Of a stretch of DNA of 64,000 nt, positions 18,167 to 26,887 are shown one piece after another. The notes beneath the pieces were generated by a model. The model was given only the letters and a program-made list of their open reading frames with translations. It ran no database searches and was not told the DNA's origin. A program made the position numbers and the translations under genes. Location of the stretch: NCBI GenBank assembly GCA_910584285.1, contig CAJTYK010000002.1, forward strand, positions 2,261-66,260. Reading direction: 5' to 3'. This DNA comes from an uncultured Oscillospiraceae bacterium. GTDB lineage: Bacteria; Bacillota; Clostridia; Oscillospirales; Oscillospiraceae. The stretch's first letter is position 1; every line of letters begins with the position of its first letter.

Positions 18167-19657
18167 ATGCGCCACTATGAAACTACGGTACAAAAGCTGA
18201 AGGACGAAGTGCTCACCGCCGTGGCCCGTCTGGCCTGGACCGAGCGGCTTCAGACCAACGACCTGCTGAACATTCCCGAGGAGATCATCCCCGGCCCGGA
18301 GGCCCAGATGCGCTGCTGCATCTACAAGGAGCGGGCCATTGTCAACAGCCGGGTGAAGATGGCCATGGGAGGCGACCGGGCCAACCCCGCCCTGGTGGAG
18401 GTGCTGCCCATCGCCTGTGACGAGTGCCCCGTCACCGAGATCAGCGTGGGCCCGTCCTGCCGGGGCTGTATCGCCCACCGCTGCGTGGAGGTGTGCCCCA
18501 AGGGGGCCATCCGCATTGAGAACCACCGCTCCGTCATTGACCACTCCAAGTGCGTGCTGTGCGGCAAGTGCATCGAGGCCTGCCCCTATGGCGCCATCAC
18601 CAAGAACGTGCGCCCCTGCGAGCGGGGCTGCCCGGTGAAGGCCATCACCATGGGCCCCGACCGGAAGGCCACCATTGACGTGAACAAGTGCATCTCCTGC
18701 GGTCAGTGTGTGATCCAGTGCCCCTTCGGCGCGGTGATGGACAAATCGTACATTGTGGACGTGATCCAGATGCTGCTGGGGGCGGACAAGTGGGGGCTCC
18801 ACGTCTACGCCATTCTGGCCCCCTCCTTCGTGGGCCAGTTCGACTGCACCCCCGGCCAGATGGCCGCCGCCCTAAAGGAGCTGGGCTTCTATGATGTGCA
18901 GGAGGTAGCGCTGGGCGCCGACCTCACCGCCCAGGCCGAGGCCGCCGAGTTTGAGGAGCGGGGGGGCGGCCCCATGACCTCCTCCTGCTGTCCCGCCTTC
19001 GTGGCCTTTGTGGAGCGGCATATGCCGGATCAGGTGCCCCTGGTGTCCACCACCCCCTCCCCCATGGTGATGCTGGGCCGGAGCATCAAGGATCGGGATC
19101 CCCTGGCCCGAGTGGTGTTCATCGGCCCCTGCGTGGCCAAGAAGCGGGAGTTCCACCTGGGCCGCACCCGGGCCAGCGTGGATCTGGTACTTACCTTCGA
19201 GGAGCTGTACTCTATGCTGTCCGCCAAGGACATTGACGTGTCCAAGATGAAGGAGATCCCCCTGGATCACGCCAGCGGCTTCGGCCGGGCCTTTGCCGCC
19301 GGGGGCGGCGTGGCGGCGGCGGTGGCCCAGGGTCTCAAGGAGCGGGGCAGCACCGTGGAGGCCAAAACGGTGGCCTGTAGTGGGATTGAGGAATGCAAGA
19401 TGGCCCTGTTGAAGATGTCCAAGGGCGTACTGCCCGAGAACTTCATCGAGGGCATGGCCTGCATGGGCGGCTGCGTCCAGGGCCCGGGCATCATCAATCG
19501 CAGCCCCAAGAACAAGAACGAGGTGGCCAAGCACGCCAAGGAGGCGGGCAAGCGCACCATCACCGACGCGGTGAACGCCATTGGCGGCCCCGCAGAGGTG
19601 CCCGCCGAGAGCAGCGACAAGAAGCCCGGCGGCGCCGTGGAGAAGGCCCGAGTATAA
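18167..19657 (+). CDS. monomeric [FeFe] hydrogenase (ferredoxin-like N-terminal clusters plus H-cluster domain)
   Basis: ATG 18167 follows GAGGAGGG. The H-cluster signatures TSSCCPAF, GPCVAKKRE and EGMACMGGCVQGPG are present, with several CxxCxxCxxxCP ferredoxin motifs upstream. The ORF-track start is 18119. Confidence 0.85.
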   Translation: MRHYETTVQKLKDEVLTAVARLAWTERLQTNDLLNIPEEIIPGPEAQMRCCIYKERAIVNSRVKMAMGGDRANPALVEVLPIACDECPVTEISVGPSCRGCIAHRCVEVCPKGAIRIENHRSVIDHSKCVLCGKCIEACPYGAITKNVRPCERGCPVKAITMGPDRKATIDVNKCISCGQCVIQCPFGAVMDKSYIVDVIQMLLGADKWGLHVYAILAPSFVGQFDCTPGQMAAALKELGFYDVQEVALGADLTAQAEAAEFEERGGGPMTSSCCPAFVAFVERHMPDQVPLVSTTPSPMVMLGRSIKDRDPLARVVFIGPCVAKKREFHLGRTRASVDLVLTFEELYSMLSAKDIDVSKMKEIPLDHASGFGRAFAAGGGVAAAVAQGLKERGSTVEAKTVACSGIEECKMALLKMSKGVLPENFIEGMACMGGCVQGPGIINRSPKNKNEVAKHAKEAGKRTITDAVNAIGGPAEVPAESSDKKPGGAVEKARV

Positions 19658-19737
19658 GCCAATCCAGTAAAAGGCCCGCTGTCCCGGAGGGGACGGCGGG
19701 CCCTTCCCCTGGACTGGAAATTTTCCACAGAATTCTT

Positions 19738-19777
19738 AGAACGAACGTTTGACAAATCGAACGAAGTGTGGTATAAT
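19738..19777 (+). promoter_or_regulatory. lexA promoter with overlapping SOS (Cheo-type) box
   Basis: TTGACA (19749-19754), 17 nt, TATAAT (19772-19777). AGAACGAACGTTTG (19738-19751) matches GAAC-N4-GTTC with one mismatch. A second CGAAC half-site lies in the spacer. Confidence 0.7.
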
Positions 19778-19838
19778 ACCTCCAAGTCAAGATCCGCGGC
19801 CGGGTGGGCGGATCGATTTCTTGGAAGGAGCTTGCGCC

Positions 19839-20444
19839 ATGGGTAAACTGACCCCCAAGCAGCAGCAGATCTACGACTTCATCTCCACCTTCGCGGACGA
19901 TCACGGCTACCCTCCCTCCGTGCGGGAGATCGCCCAGGCGGTCAACCTGAAATCCCCCGCCACCGTCCATTTCCACCTGAAGGGCCTGCGGGAGGCGGGC
20001 TACATCTCCCAGGCGGAGGGCAAAACCCGGGCCATCACCATCGTGGGCGGCGACGCCGCCGCACGGAAGGATCAGGTGCCCCTGGTGGGCTACGTGGCGG
20101 CGGGCTCCCCCATCCTGGCCCAGGAGCACATCGAGGAATACCTCACCTTCGACACCGGCGGCCTGTCCGGCGAACACTTCGCCCTCACCGTCCGGGGCGA
20201 GTCCATGCTGGAGGCGGGCATACTCCCCGGCGACGTGGTGGTGGTGCACCAGCAGCCCCAGGCCCGGAACGGCGACATTGTGGTGGCCCTGTTTGAGGAC
20301 GAGGCCACCGTGAAAACCTTCCGCCGGGAGCGGGACGGACACATCTGGCTCTACCCGGAGAACTCCAGCCCGGAGTACCAGCCCATCGACGGGGAGGGCT
20401 GCTCCATTCTGGGCCGGGTGGTGGCGGTGATCCGGCGGTACTGA
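19839..20444 (+). CDS. lexA: LexA repressor
   Basis: ATG 19839 follows GGAAGGAG. The winged-helix N-terminus (LTPKQQQIYDFI..., PPSVREIA) and the S24 peptidase part (VAAG, GESM, GDIVV) are present. The ORF-track start is 19749. Confidence 0.95.
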   Translation: MGKLTPKQQQIYDFISTFADDHGYPPSVREIAQAVNLKSPATVHFHLKGLREAGYISQAEGKTRAITIVGGDAAARKDQVPLVGYVAAGSPILAQEHIEEYLTFDTGGLSGEHFALTVRGESMLEAGILPGDVVVVHQQPQARNGDIVVALFEDEATVKTFRRERDGHIWLYPENSSPEYQPIDGEGCSILGRVVAVIRRY

Positions 20445-20474
20445 GAGCGACACAGCAGATAAAGCAGGAAAGGA

Positions 20475-20504
20475 GCGCTTCCCAGTGGGGAGCGCCCCTT
20501 TTTT
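20475..20504 (+). terminator. intrinsic terminator after lexA
   Basis: GCGCTTCCC pairs with GGGGAGCGC (one G-U pair) and is followed by CCCCTTTTTT. Confidence 0.7.
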
Positions 20505-20601
20505 ACAATCTCTATATCATGCCGGTTTATGGGACTTTCTATAGGGTATACTGTCCTCAGAACAAAGGGGAGGGCACCCCCGAAGGAAAGGAGCATCCCA
20601 T

Positions 20602-20718
20602 ATGTACGAGATCGAGTTTGTGCGGGGTCACGTGGAGGTCTACTTGGACGGCGCGTTCTGCTTTTCCGCCGACACCCGAGGGGAAGCGGAGGCCGAGATC
20701 GCCCTCATGACCGCGTAA
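20602..20718 (+). CDS. hypothetical 38-aa protein
   Basis: GAAAGGAG lies 8 nt before ATG 20602. 39 codons end at TAA 20716-20718, and a strong terminator follows 8 nt later. Confidence 0.4.
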   Translation: MYEIEFVRGHVEVYLDGAFCFSADTRGEAEAEIALMTA

Positions 20719-20726
20719 GAGACCCC

Positions 20727-20760
20727 AAAACCCCCTGCGGCAAGCCGCAGGGGGTTTTTT
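20727..20760. terminator. bidirectional intrinsic terminator
   Basis: AAAACCCCCTGCGG pairs with CCGCAGGGGGTTTT around a CAAG loop. It lies between the convergent 38-aa ORF and htrA. Confidence 0.85.
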
Positions 20761-20772
20761 ATGAGAACGGGC

Positions 20773-22191
20773 TTACCGCCCAAAGAAATAGCTCCACGGG
20801 AAGTTGCTGAAGGGATTGCCGTTGAAGCCCTCGTCGCCGCCATCCCCGCCGTAGGGGTACTGGCCACCGTAGCTTCCGCTGGAGGTGGGCTGGGGATTGG
20901 GATTGGTCTGGCCCTGATTGCCGGAGGTGTCCGGCTCGTTCTCCTGCTCGTCAAAGGTGAGCTGGAGGGTCAGCGTCTCGCCGGAGCGGTACACCTCAAT
21001 GGACACCGTGTCCCCGGCTCGGTAGCTGTTCTTTACGGACACCATCTGGTTGGCGTCGGTGATCTCGGTGTCGTCGATCTTGGTGATGATGTCCCCGGGG
21101 CGGAGGCCGGCGGTCTCGGCGCAGGAGCCCTCCTCCACGCCGTTGACATACACGCCGGAGGGCCAGCCGAAGGCCTGCTTGTTCTCCTCAGACACCGTCC
21201 TGGGGTAGAGCACCCCCATGTAGGGCCGCCCGGTGACATAGCCGTACTGCATATAGTCGGTGATGATGCCAATGACGTCGTTGATGGGGATGGCGAAACC
21301 GATGCCCTCGATGGACGCCTGGGAGGACTGGCCGTTGTTGCTCAGCTTGGCGGAGGTGATGCCCACCACCCGGCCGTAGCTGTCGAACAGCGGGCCGCCG
21401 GAGTTGCCGGAGTTGATGGTGCAGTTGGTCTGGATCATGTTGTTCATCACGGTGCCGTCGCTCATGGTGATGGAGCGGCCGGTGGAGGACACGTTGCCGG
21501 AGGTCTGGGAGAAGGACAGGGTGCCCAGGGCGTTGCCGATGGTGCACACCTGCTCACCCACCACCAGATCGTCGGAGTCGCCCAGCACCACGGGCTTCAG
21601 GCCGGACACGCCGTCGATTTTCAGCACCGCCACGTCGTTGAGCTCCTCACCGCCCACCAGCTTGGCGTCATAGGTGTCACCGTTGTTCAGCGTCACCTTG
21701 ATGGTGTTGGCCCCGTCAATGACGTGGTAGTTGGTGACGATGTAGCCGTCCTCGCTGATGATGAAGCCGGACCCCGCCCCGGCGGTGGGCTGCTGATACC
21801 AGCCGTTGGTGACCATGCCGGTCACCGAGATGCACACGCTGGAGTCGGCGTAGGCGGCGTAGATCTCGCTGAGGCTCATGGGGGTGAGGCCGTCGGCCTG
21901 CTTGACGGTGACGGCGGTGGGATCCACTTCGTTGCGGTAGATGGTAGTCTCATTCTGGGGGGCCCGGTTCAGGTGGCTATAGGCCGCCGCGCCGCCCACG
22001 CCCGCACCGCCCCCCGCCAGGGCGCAGCACAGCACCAGGGCCACCGCCTTGCCCGCGCCGCCCTTTTTCTTCTTGGGGGGCTGGGGAGGAATAGAGGACT
22101 GGGGGCGATCCCAGGGGTCGCCGCTGGGCGAGGGCTGGGTGTAGTTGTAGCGGTAATTGCCGCTGCTGTCAAAGCCATTCTGCTCATACAT
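20773..22191 (-). CDS. htrA: HtrA/DegP-family S1C serine protease with C-terminal PDZ domain
   Basis: Trypsin-fold motifs (GNSGGPL, HVIDGA), a PDZ block (GLRPGDIITKID) and an N-terminal membrane anchor. ATG 22191 follows GAAAGGAG. The ORF track starts at TTG 22209. Confidence 0.85.
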   Translation of the reverse strand: MYEQNGFDSSGNYRYNYTQPSPSGDPWDRPQSSIPPQPPKKKKGGAGKAVALVLCCALAGGGAGVGGAAAYSHLNRAPQNETTIYRNEVDPTAVTVKQADGLTPMSLSEIYAAYADSSVCISVTGMVTNGWYQQPTAGAGSGFIISEDGYIVTNYHVIDGANTIKVTLNNGDTYDAKLVGGEELNDVAVLKIDGVSGLKPVVLGDSDDLVVGEQVCTIGNALGTLSFSQTSGNVSSTGRSITMSDGTVMNNMIQTNCTINSGNSGGPLFDSYGRVVGITSAKLSNNGQSSQASIEGIGFAIPINDVIGIITDYMQYGYVTGRPYMGVLYPRTVSEENKQAFGWPSGVYVNGVEEGSCAETAGLRPGDIITKIDDTEITDANQMVSVKNSYRAGDTVSIEVYRSGETLTLQLTFDEQENEPDTSGNQGQTNPNPQPTSSGSYGGQYPYGGDGGDEGFNGNPFSNFPWSYFFGR

Positions 22192-22362
22192 GGGAATTGC
22201 TCCTTTCAAATTCCGTCATGGAACGCTGTTTCAAAGGCGGGGAGGTCACCGGGGCCCTCTCGTCCGCCGCTGAGGATACAATACCCCATAATTGTGTCCA
22301 AACTATGTCACAGGGTCGAAATGATTTTGAATTTACCCTGAAAAAAAACTGAAAACGGCCCG

Positions 22363-23019
22363 TCACCGCTTCCCCCGGCCCCGCCGCAGGTCAAAGACAA
22401 TGAGGGCGGCACAGCCCGCTATCAGCAGAAGCAGGATGAGGATGGCGCAATTGCGGAAAAACTCCTGGGGCAGGATGTTGATGATCTGATCCTCCGCCGG
22501 GTCAAAGAGCCAGTTGTCCTTGCCTGGGAAAAACAGGGCGTGGAACACCACGAAGGCCCGGTTGAAGTCCAGCGCCGCCAGAGCGCCCACCAGGAGGAAC
22601 GCAGCTCCCAGCCCCGCTCCCGCCCAGAAGCCGGGGCCGCACCCCAAAGGCCGGGCAGGTCTGCGGCCGGTGAAGTGGGCATACAGCAAAGCCGCCGCCA
22701 GCAGGCCAAGGGACACACCCAGCACCCGCAGATCCAGCAGGAACAGCTCCCGCACGTCGGTGAAATGGGCCTTGCCCTCCTCCGACCACTTCAAGACCCC
22801 GGTGGAGAACTCCTCCGCCCCCAGGCAGTAGTCCAGCATCTCGTCGAAGGCGGTCTTGATCTCATTTTCCGTCAGCCCGGTGCGCTCCACCAGCTTTAGG
22901 GGACCGATGTGGGCGTAGTAGAAGGGGCGGCACAGGATGGGGGCGGCAATGGACGCGGTGAGCAGCGCCAGGGCCGTGAGCACGGCGGTCAGGGCGCACA
23001 GGGGCCTGCTTTCCTTCAT
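22363..23019 (-). CDS. TIGR01906/DUF1461-like integral membrane protein
   Basis: ATG 23019 follows AAAGGAGG. 218 aa with multiple TM segments, plus the RPFYYAHI and HFTDVRELF patterns. The ORF-track start is 23088. Confidence 0.65.
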   Translation of the reverse strand: MKESRPLCALTAVLTALALLTASIAAPILCRPFYYAHIGPLKLVERTGLTENEIKTAFDEMLDYCLGAEEFSTGVLKWSEEGKAHFTDVRELFLLDLRVLGVSLGLLAAALLYAHFTGRRPARPLGCGPGFWAGAGLGAAFLLVGALAALDFNRAFVVFHALFFPGKDNWLFDPAEDQIINILPQEFFRNCAILILLLLIAGCAALIVFDLRRGRGKR

Positions 23020-23711
23020 AGGGCATCCTCCTTTTCGGGCAGGGCAGACAGGGTGATGAGCACCTGGGAGGGGAGGTAGAAGAACCACATCCCCACCGAG
23101 GCAACGGGATACAACGGAGCGGCAGCGGGCAGGGCGTTAAACAGCCCCACGCACAGGTCGCACCCCACGAACAGGGTGAGGCCAACGGCAAACAGCCGCC
23201 CGGGGCGGCCCCTCACCGTCCAGGCCAAAACCGCGTTGGACAAAAGCTGGGAGAAGTACAACCCCGCCAGCAGGTTCACCGGGGAGGCCAGCTCCAGGGC
23301 GTACAGCCCCAGCCCCGCCCCCAGGGCCAGGGCGGAGCGCAGGGGCCAGCCGCAGTCCGCGCCCATGCGGCGCAGGCGGAGGTAATAGGCTGTCTGAACG
23401 CACAAAAACAGGGCGATGCCCACGGCATAGTGATCGCTGCGCACCAGCAGGAACCAGTCCGCCCCGGCGGTGAGGGCCAGGGCGGCGGGAACCAGCCGGT
23501 CGCCGCCCCAGTTGACGCAGGCCAGCAGGGAGAAGCCCAGGCACAGCAGGATCCCCGCGTATTTGATGGGGACGGACAGTCCGCCCCGGCCGGTGAGATC
23601 CAGGGCGAGGAAGGCGGCGTACAGCGCCCCCTCCGCCGCCAGGAACGCGGCGGCGCACTTTTTTCGTTTCAGAACGGATCCCCCTTCCGGCATTTGGGGA
23701 GAGTATACCAC
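23016..23711 (-). CDS. YhhN-family (lysoplasmalogenase-like) membrane protein
   Basis: Polytopic membrane ORF with a GADWFLL motif resembling YhhN/TMEM86 proteins. The start codon is uncertain because no clear SD precedes 23711 or 23693. Confidence 0.55.
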   Translation of the reverse strand: MVYSPQMPEGGSVLKRKKCAAAFLAAEGALYAAFLALDLTGRGGLSVPIKYAGILLCLGFSLLACVNWGGDRLVPAALALTAGADWFLLVRSDHYAVGIALFLCVQTAYYLRLRRMGADCGWPLRSALALGAGLGLYALELASPVNLLAGLYFSQLLSNAVLAWTVRGRPGRLFAVGLTLFVGCDLCVGLFNALPAAAPLYPVASVGMWFFYLPSQVLITLSALPEKEDAL

Positions 23712-23734
23712 GTTTGCCGGAAAAAGGGAAGGGC

Positions 23735-23763
23735 TTGACGGGGGCGGCCGCGGGTGGTATACT
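23735..23763 (+). promoter_or_regulatory. sigma-A type promoter of the MFS leader transcript
   Basis: TTGACG (23735-23740), 17 nt, TATACT (23758-23763). Confidence 0.65.
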
Positions 23764-23984
23764 GAGCTTACTTTTTCAAGAGGGGGATACGCAAATCATG
23801 GCGTTCTATGCTCCATATTAGGCATATTTGAGCGGATAAGGGAACGGGGTGCGCTTGAGCACGCCTGGTTTTCTGTACGCAAAAACGGCCTGCAAGGAGT
23901 ATAGCGCGTGTTTTTTGTCATCTCCCGACTGCCTGTGCCGCGGTGCGCGGCGGAGCGGTCGTGTCATGCGCTGCGCTTTTTTGC

Positions 23985-24022
23985 GGGCCGAACCCCGGAC
24001 GGGGTTCGGCCCCTTTGTGTTT
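23985..24022 (+). terminator. strong intrinsic terminator inside the MFS leader (attenuator)
   Basis: GGGCCGAACCCC (23985-23996) pairs with GGGGTTCGGCCC (24001-24012) and is followed by CTTTGTGTTT. It lies 29 nt upstream of the MFS start codon. Confidence 0.7.
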
Positions 24023-24050
24023 GACGCTTCATTGAGAAAGGATGTTTATT

Positions 24051-25325
24051 ATGGATACGAAAAAGCCTTCCCAAGGGCTTTGGACTTGGGATTTTACCAT
24101 CATCACCGTGGGCAGCGTCATCTCCCTCATCGGCGGCGTGCTGTCCAGCTTCGCCATGAGCATGATGGTGCTGGACTACACCGGATCGGTGTTCCTCTAC
24201 GCCCTGTTCAACGCCACCTATCAGATCCCCATGCTGGCGTGCCCCGTTTTAGCGGGGCCGTATCTGGATCGGATGAGCCGGAAAAAGGTGATCTACCGGC
24301 TGGACTTCCTGTCCGCCGGGATGTTCGCTGGGCTGGCCCTGCTGCTGCGGACGGGCTGGTTCAGCTTCCCGGCGCTGCTGTGCTTCAACCTGATCCGGGG
24401 CAGCGTGGACAGCGTATACATGGTGGCCTACGACAGCCTCTACCCCAACCTGGTGGAGGAGGGAAACCTGTCCAAGGCCTACTCCATCTCCGGGATGCTG
24501 CAATCCATCATGCTGATGGCCTACCCCCTGGGGGCCATCGCCTATGAGGCGCTGGGCGGCGTGGAGCCGCTGTTTGCCATCAACGCGGTGTGCTTCTTCG
24601 CCGCCGCCTGCTTTGAGCGGTGCGTCCGCCATGTGGAGACCCACATGGACGCCGCCCCGCCGGCGGACGGCGTGGGGGCGCTGAAGCGCTTTGGCCGGGA
24701 TCTCCGGGAGGGGGTGGACTACATCGCCGGGGAGAAGGGCCTGCTGGCCGTCACCCTGTACTTTATGTTCTCCAACTTCGCCGGGGTGGGCTCGGATCAG
24801 ATGTTTCTGCCCTTCTTCCGGAACCACAGCGCCCTGTTTGCCGCTTGGCCGGTGGCGGCGGTGACCCTGGGCGCCATCGTGTCCACCTGCTCCGAGGCAG
24901 GCCGGGTGGCGGGCGGGCTGCTCCACTACCGCTTCCGGCTCCCGGCGGCGAACAGATTTCCCGTGGCCATGGCGGTCTACACAACCCTGCCCTTCCTTTA
25001 CGGAGTGCTGCTGTTCCTGCCCGTCCCGGCCATGGCGGCGGTGTTTTTCCTCTACGGGGTGCTGGGGGTGACCTCCTACAACATCCGCATCGCCGCCACC
25101 CAGTCTTACCTGCCCGACGGCAAGCGGGCCCGGTTCAACGGCGCGTATCAGATGCTCACCTCCCTGGGCTCGCTGTGCGGCACCCTGCTGGCGGGGGCAC
25201 TGGCGGAACGCCTGCCCGAGCGGGCGGTGATCTTGCTGTTCAGCACGGTGGGGCTGGCGGCAGCCTGGCTGTTTATTTTCCGGCGCCGCCGGGAGGTAGC
25301 CATCCTCTACAACCGGGAGGTGTAA
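24051..25325 (+). CDS. MFS transporter, MefA/EntS-like subfamily
   Basis: 12-TM ORF. The YLDRMSRKK loop motif and overall pattern match MefA-like MFS proteins. GAAAGG abuts ATG 24042, so ATG 24051 is the more likely start. Confidence 0.85.
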   Translation: MDTKKPSQGLWTWDFTIITVGSVISLIGGVLSSFAMSMMVLDYTGSVFLYALFNATYQIPMLACPVLAGPYLDRMSRKKVIYRLDFLSAGMFAGLALLLRTGWFSFPALLCFNLIRGSVDSVYMVAYDSLYPNLVEEGNLSKAYSISGMLQSIMLMAYPLGAIAYEALGGVEPLFAINAVCFFAAACFERCVRHVETHMDAAPPADGVGALKRFGRDLREGVDYIAGEKGLLAVTLYFMFSNFAGVGSDQMFLPFFRNHSALFAAWPVAAVTLGAIVSTCSEAGRVAGGLLHYRFRLPAANRFPVAMAVYTTLPFLYGVLLFLPVPAMAAVFFLYGVLGVTSYNIRIAATQSYLPDGKRARFNGAYQMLTSLGSLCGTLLAGALAERLPERAVILLFSTVGLAAAWLFIFRRRREVAILYNREV

Positions 25326-25365
25326 TTTGCCCCACAAAAATCGGCAAATAGGAATAGATTTTCCC

Positions 25366-25393
25366 TTGCGTTTGAAATGAGACGTGATATAAT
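25366..25393 (+). promoter_or_regulatory. candidate promoter of the rnf operon
   Basis: TTGCGT (25366-25371), 16 nt, TATAAT (25388-25393), with an upstream TG (extended -10). Confidence 0.55.
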
Positions 25394-25533
25394 AGTCAGT
25401 ACGTGAGCAGGCGTCTCCCGCTGTTTGGCAGGTTCCATTCGCCGCCGGCGGGGGACGCCGCCTGCCTGTTCCGGGCCCCGCCGCCCGGGGCGGGCCGCGC
25501 GCAAGGAGAAACTACGATTGAGGAGGAAGTTCT

Positions 25534-26886
25534 GTGTTTAAGGGCAAACTGCATGGAATTCATGCGCCCCACAGGAAGAACACTGTGGACTGCGCGCCGG
25601 CGCGTATGCCGGTGCCCGCGGTGATCACCGTCCCCATGTCCATGAACATCGGGGCCCCGGCCAAGCCGGTAGTCAAGGTGAACGACACGGTGAAGGTGGG
25701 GCAGCTGATCGCGGAGGCCGGGGGCTTCATGTCCGCGCCCATCTATTCCGGCGTGTCCGGCAAGGTGAAGCGGCTGGATGAGATCGTCAGCGCCAACGGC
25801 CGGTTCGACACCGTCGTCGTCATTGAGACTGACGGCGAGCAGACCGTGTGGGAGGGCGTCAAGCCCCCCGTGGTCACCGACAAGGACAGCTTTGTGGAGG
25901 CGGTGCGCCAGTGCGGCTGCGTGGGCCTGGGCGGCGCGGGCTTCCCCACGTCCGTCAAGCTGAACGTAGATCCCGACCGGGTGCACGCCATCATCATCAA
26001 CGGCGCGGAGTGCGAGCCCTACATCACCTCGGATACCCGCACCATGATCGATAACGCTGACGACGTGATCTACGGCGCCCAGCTCCTCCAGAAGTACTAC
26101 ACCGCCGACCGGATCGTCATCGGCATTGAGGACAACAAGCCCCAGTGCGTGAAGATCATGGAGGAGGCAGGCAAGGGCGTGCCCGGCTTTGAGGTGGCCT
26201 CCCTGCCGGCCCTGTACCCCCAGGGCGGCGAGAAGGTGCTCATCTACAACACCACCGGCGAGATCGTCCCCGAGGGCAAGCTGCCCATCGACGTGGGCGC
26301 CATCGTCATCAACTGCACCACCCTGGCCGTCATCGCCAAGTACATCCGCACCGGGATGCCCCTGGTGGAGAAGGTGGTCACCATCGACGGCTCCGCCATC
26401 GCCAACCCCCAGAACGTCATCGCCCCGGTGGGCACCCCCATCCAGAACCTGCTGGACTTCGTGGGCTTGAAGTGCGAGCCCAAGAAGGTGCTGTACGGCG
26501 GCCCCATGATGGGCATTTCCGTCCCCAGCCTGGAAGCCCCCATCATGAAGAACACCAACGCCATCATCGCCTTCGACGAGAAGGATGCCGAGGATCCCGT
26601 GCCCTCCGCCTGCATCCGCTGTGGGCGCTGCGTGGCCCATTGCCCCTTCAACCTGATGCCCGCCGCCATTGAGAGCGCCTACAACAACAAGGAGCCGGAG
26701 AAGCTCAAGGCCCTCAAGGTGAACCTGTGCATGGAGTGCGGCTGCTGCTCCTTCAGTTGTCCCGCCCGCCGGCCTCTGGTGCAGGTGAACAAGCTGGCCA
26801 AGGCCATGCTCAACAAGTACAACGCCGAGCAGAAGGCGGCGGCGGAGAAGAAAGCCGCCAAGGAAAAAGAAAAGGAGGCGGTCTGA
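25534..26886 (+). CDS. rnfC: Rnf complex subunit C
   Basis: 450 aa. GAGFPT NADH/FMN-type block and two CxxCxxCxxxCP motifs. GTG start follows GAGGAGG. Confidence 0.93.
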   Translation: MFKGKLHGIHAPHRKNTVDCAPARMPVPAVITVPMSMNIGAPAKPVVKVNDTVKVGQLIAEAGGFMSAPIYSGVSGKVKRLDEIVSANGRFDTVVVIETDGEQTVWEGVKPPVVTDKDSFVEAVRQCGCVGLGGAGFPTSVKLNVDPDRVHAIIINGAECEPYITSDTRTMIDNADDVIYGAQLLQKYYTADRIVIGIEDNKPQCVKIMEEAGKGVPGFEVASLPALYPQGGEKVLIYNTTGEIVPEGKLPIDVGAIVINCTTLAVIAKYIRTGMPLVEKVVTIDGSAIANPQNVIAPVGTPIQNLLDFVGLKCEPKKVLYGGPMMGISVPSLEAPIMKNTNAIIAFDEKDAEDPVPSACIRCGRCVAHCPFNLMPAAIESAYNNKEPEKLKALKVNLCMECGCCSFSCPARRPLVQVNKLAKAMLNKYNAEQKAAAEKKAAKEKEKEAV

Positions 26887-26887
26887 G

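Noticed and set aside
23849-24547. 232-aa plus-strand ORF spanning the MFS leader and the 5' part of the MFS gene.
   Set aside because: It is out of frame with the 12-TM MFS protein, Arg/Gly/Pro-rich and without an SD. It is a spurious high-G+C ORF.
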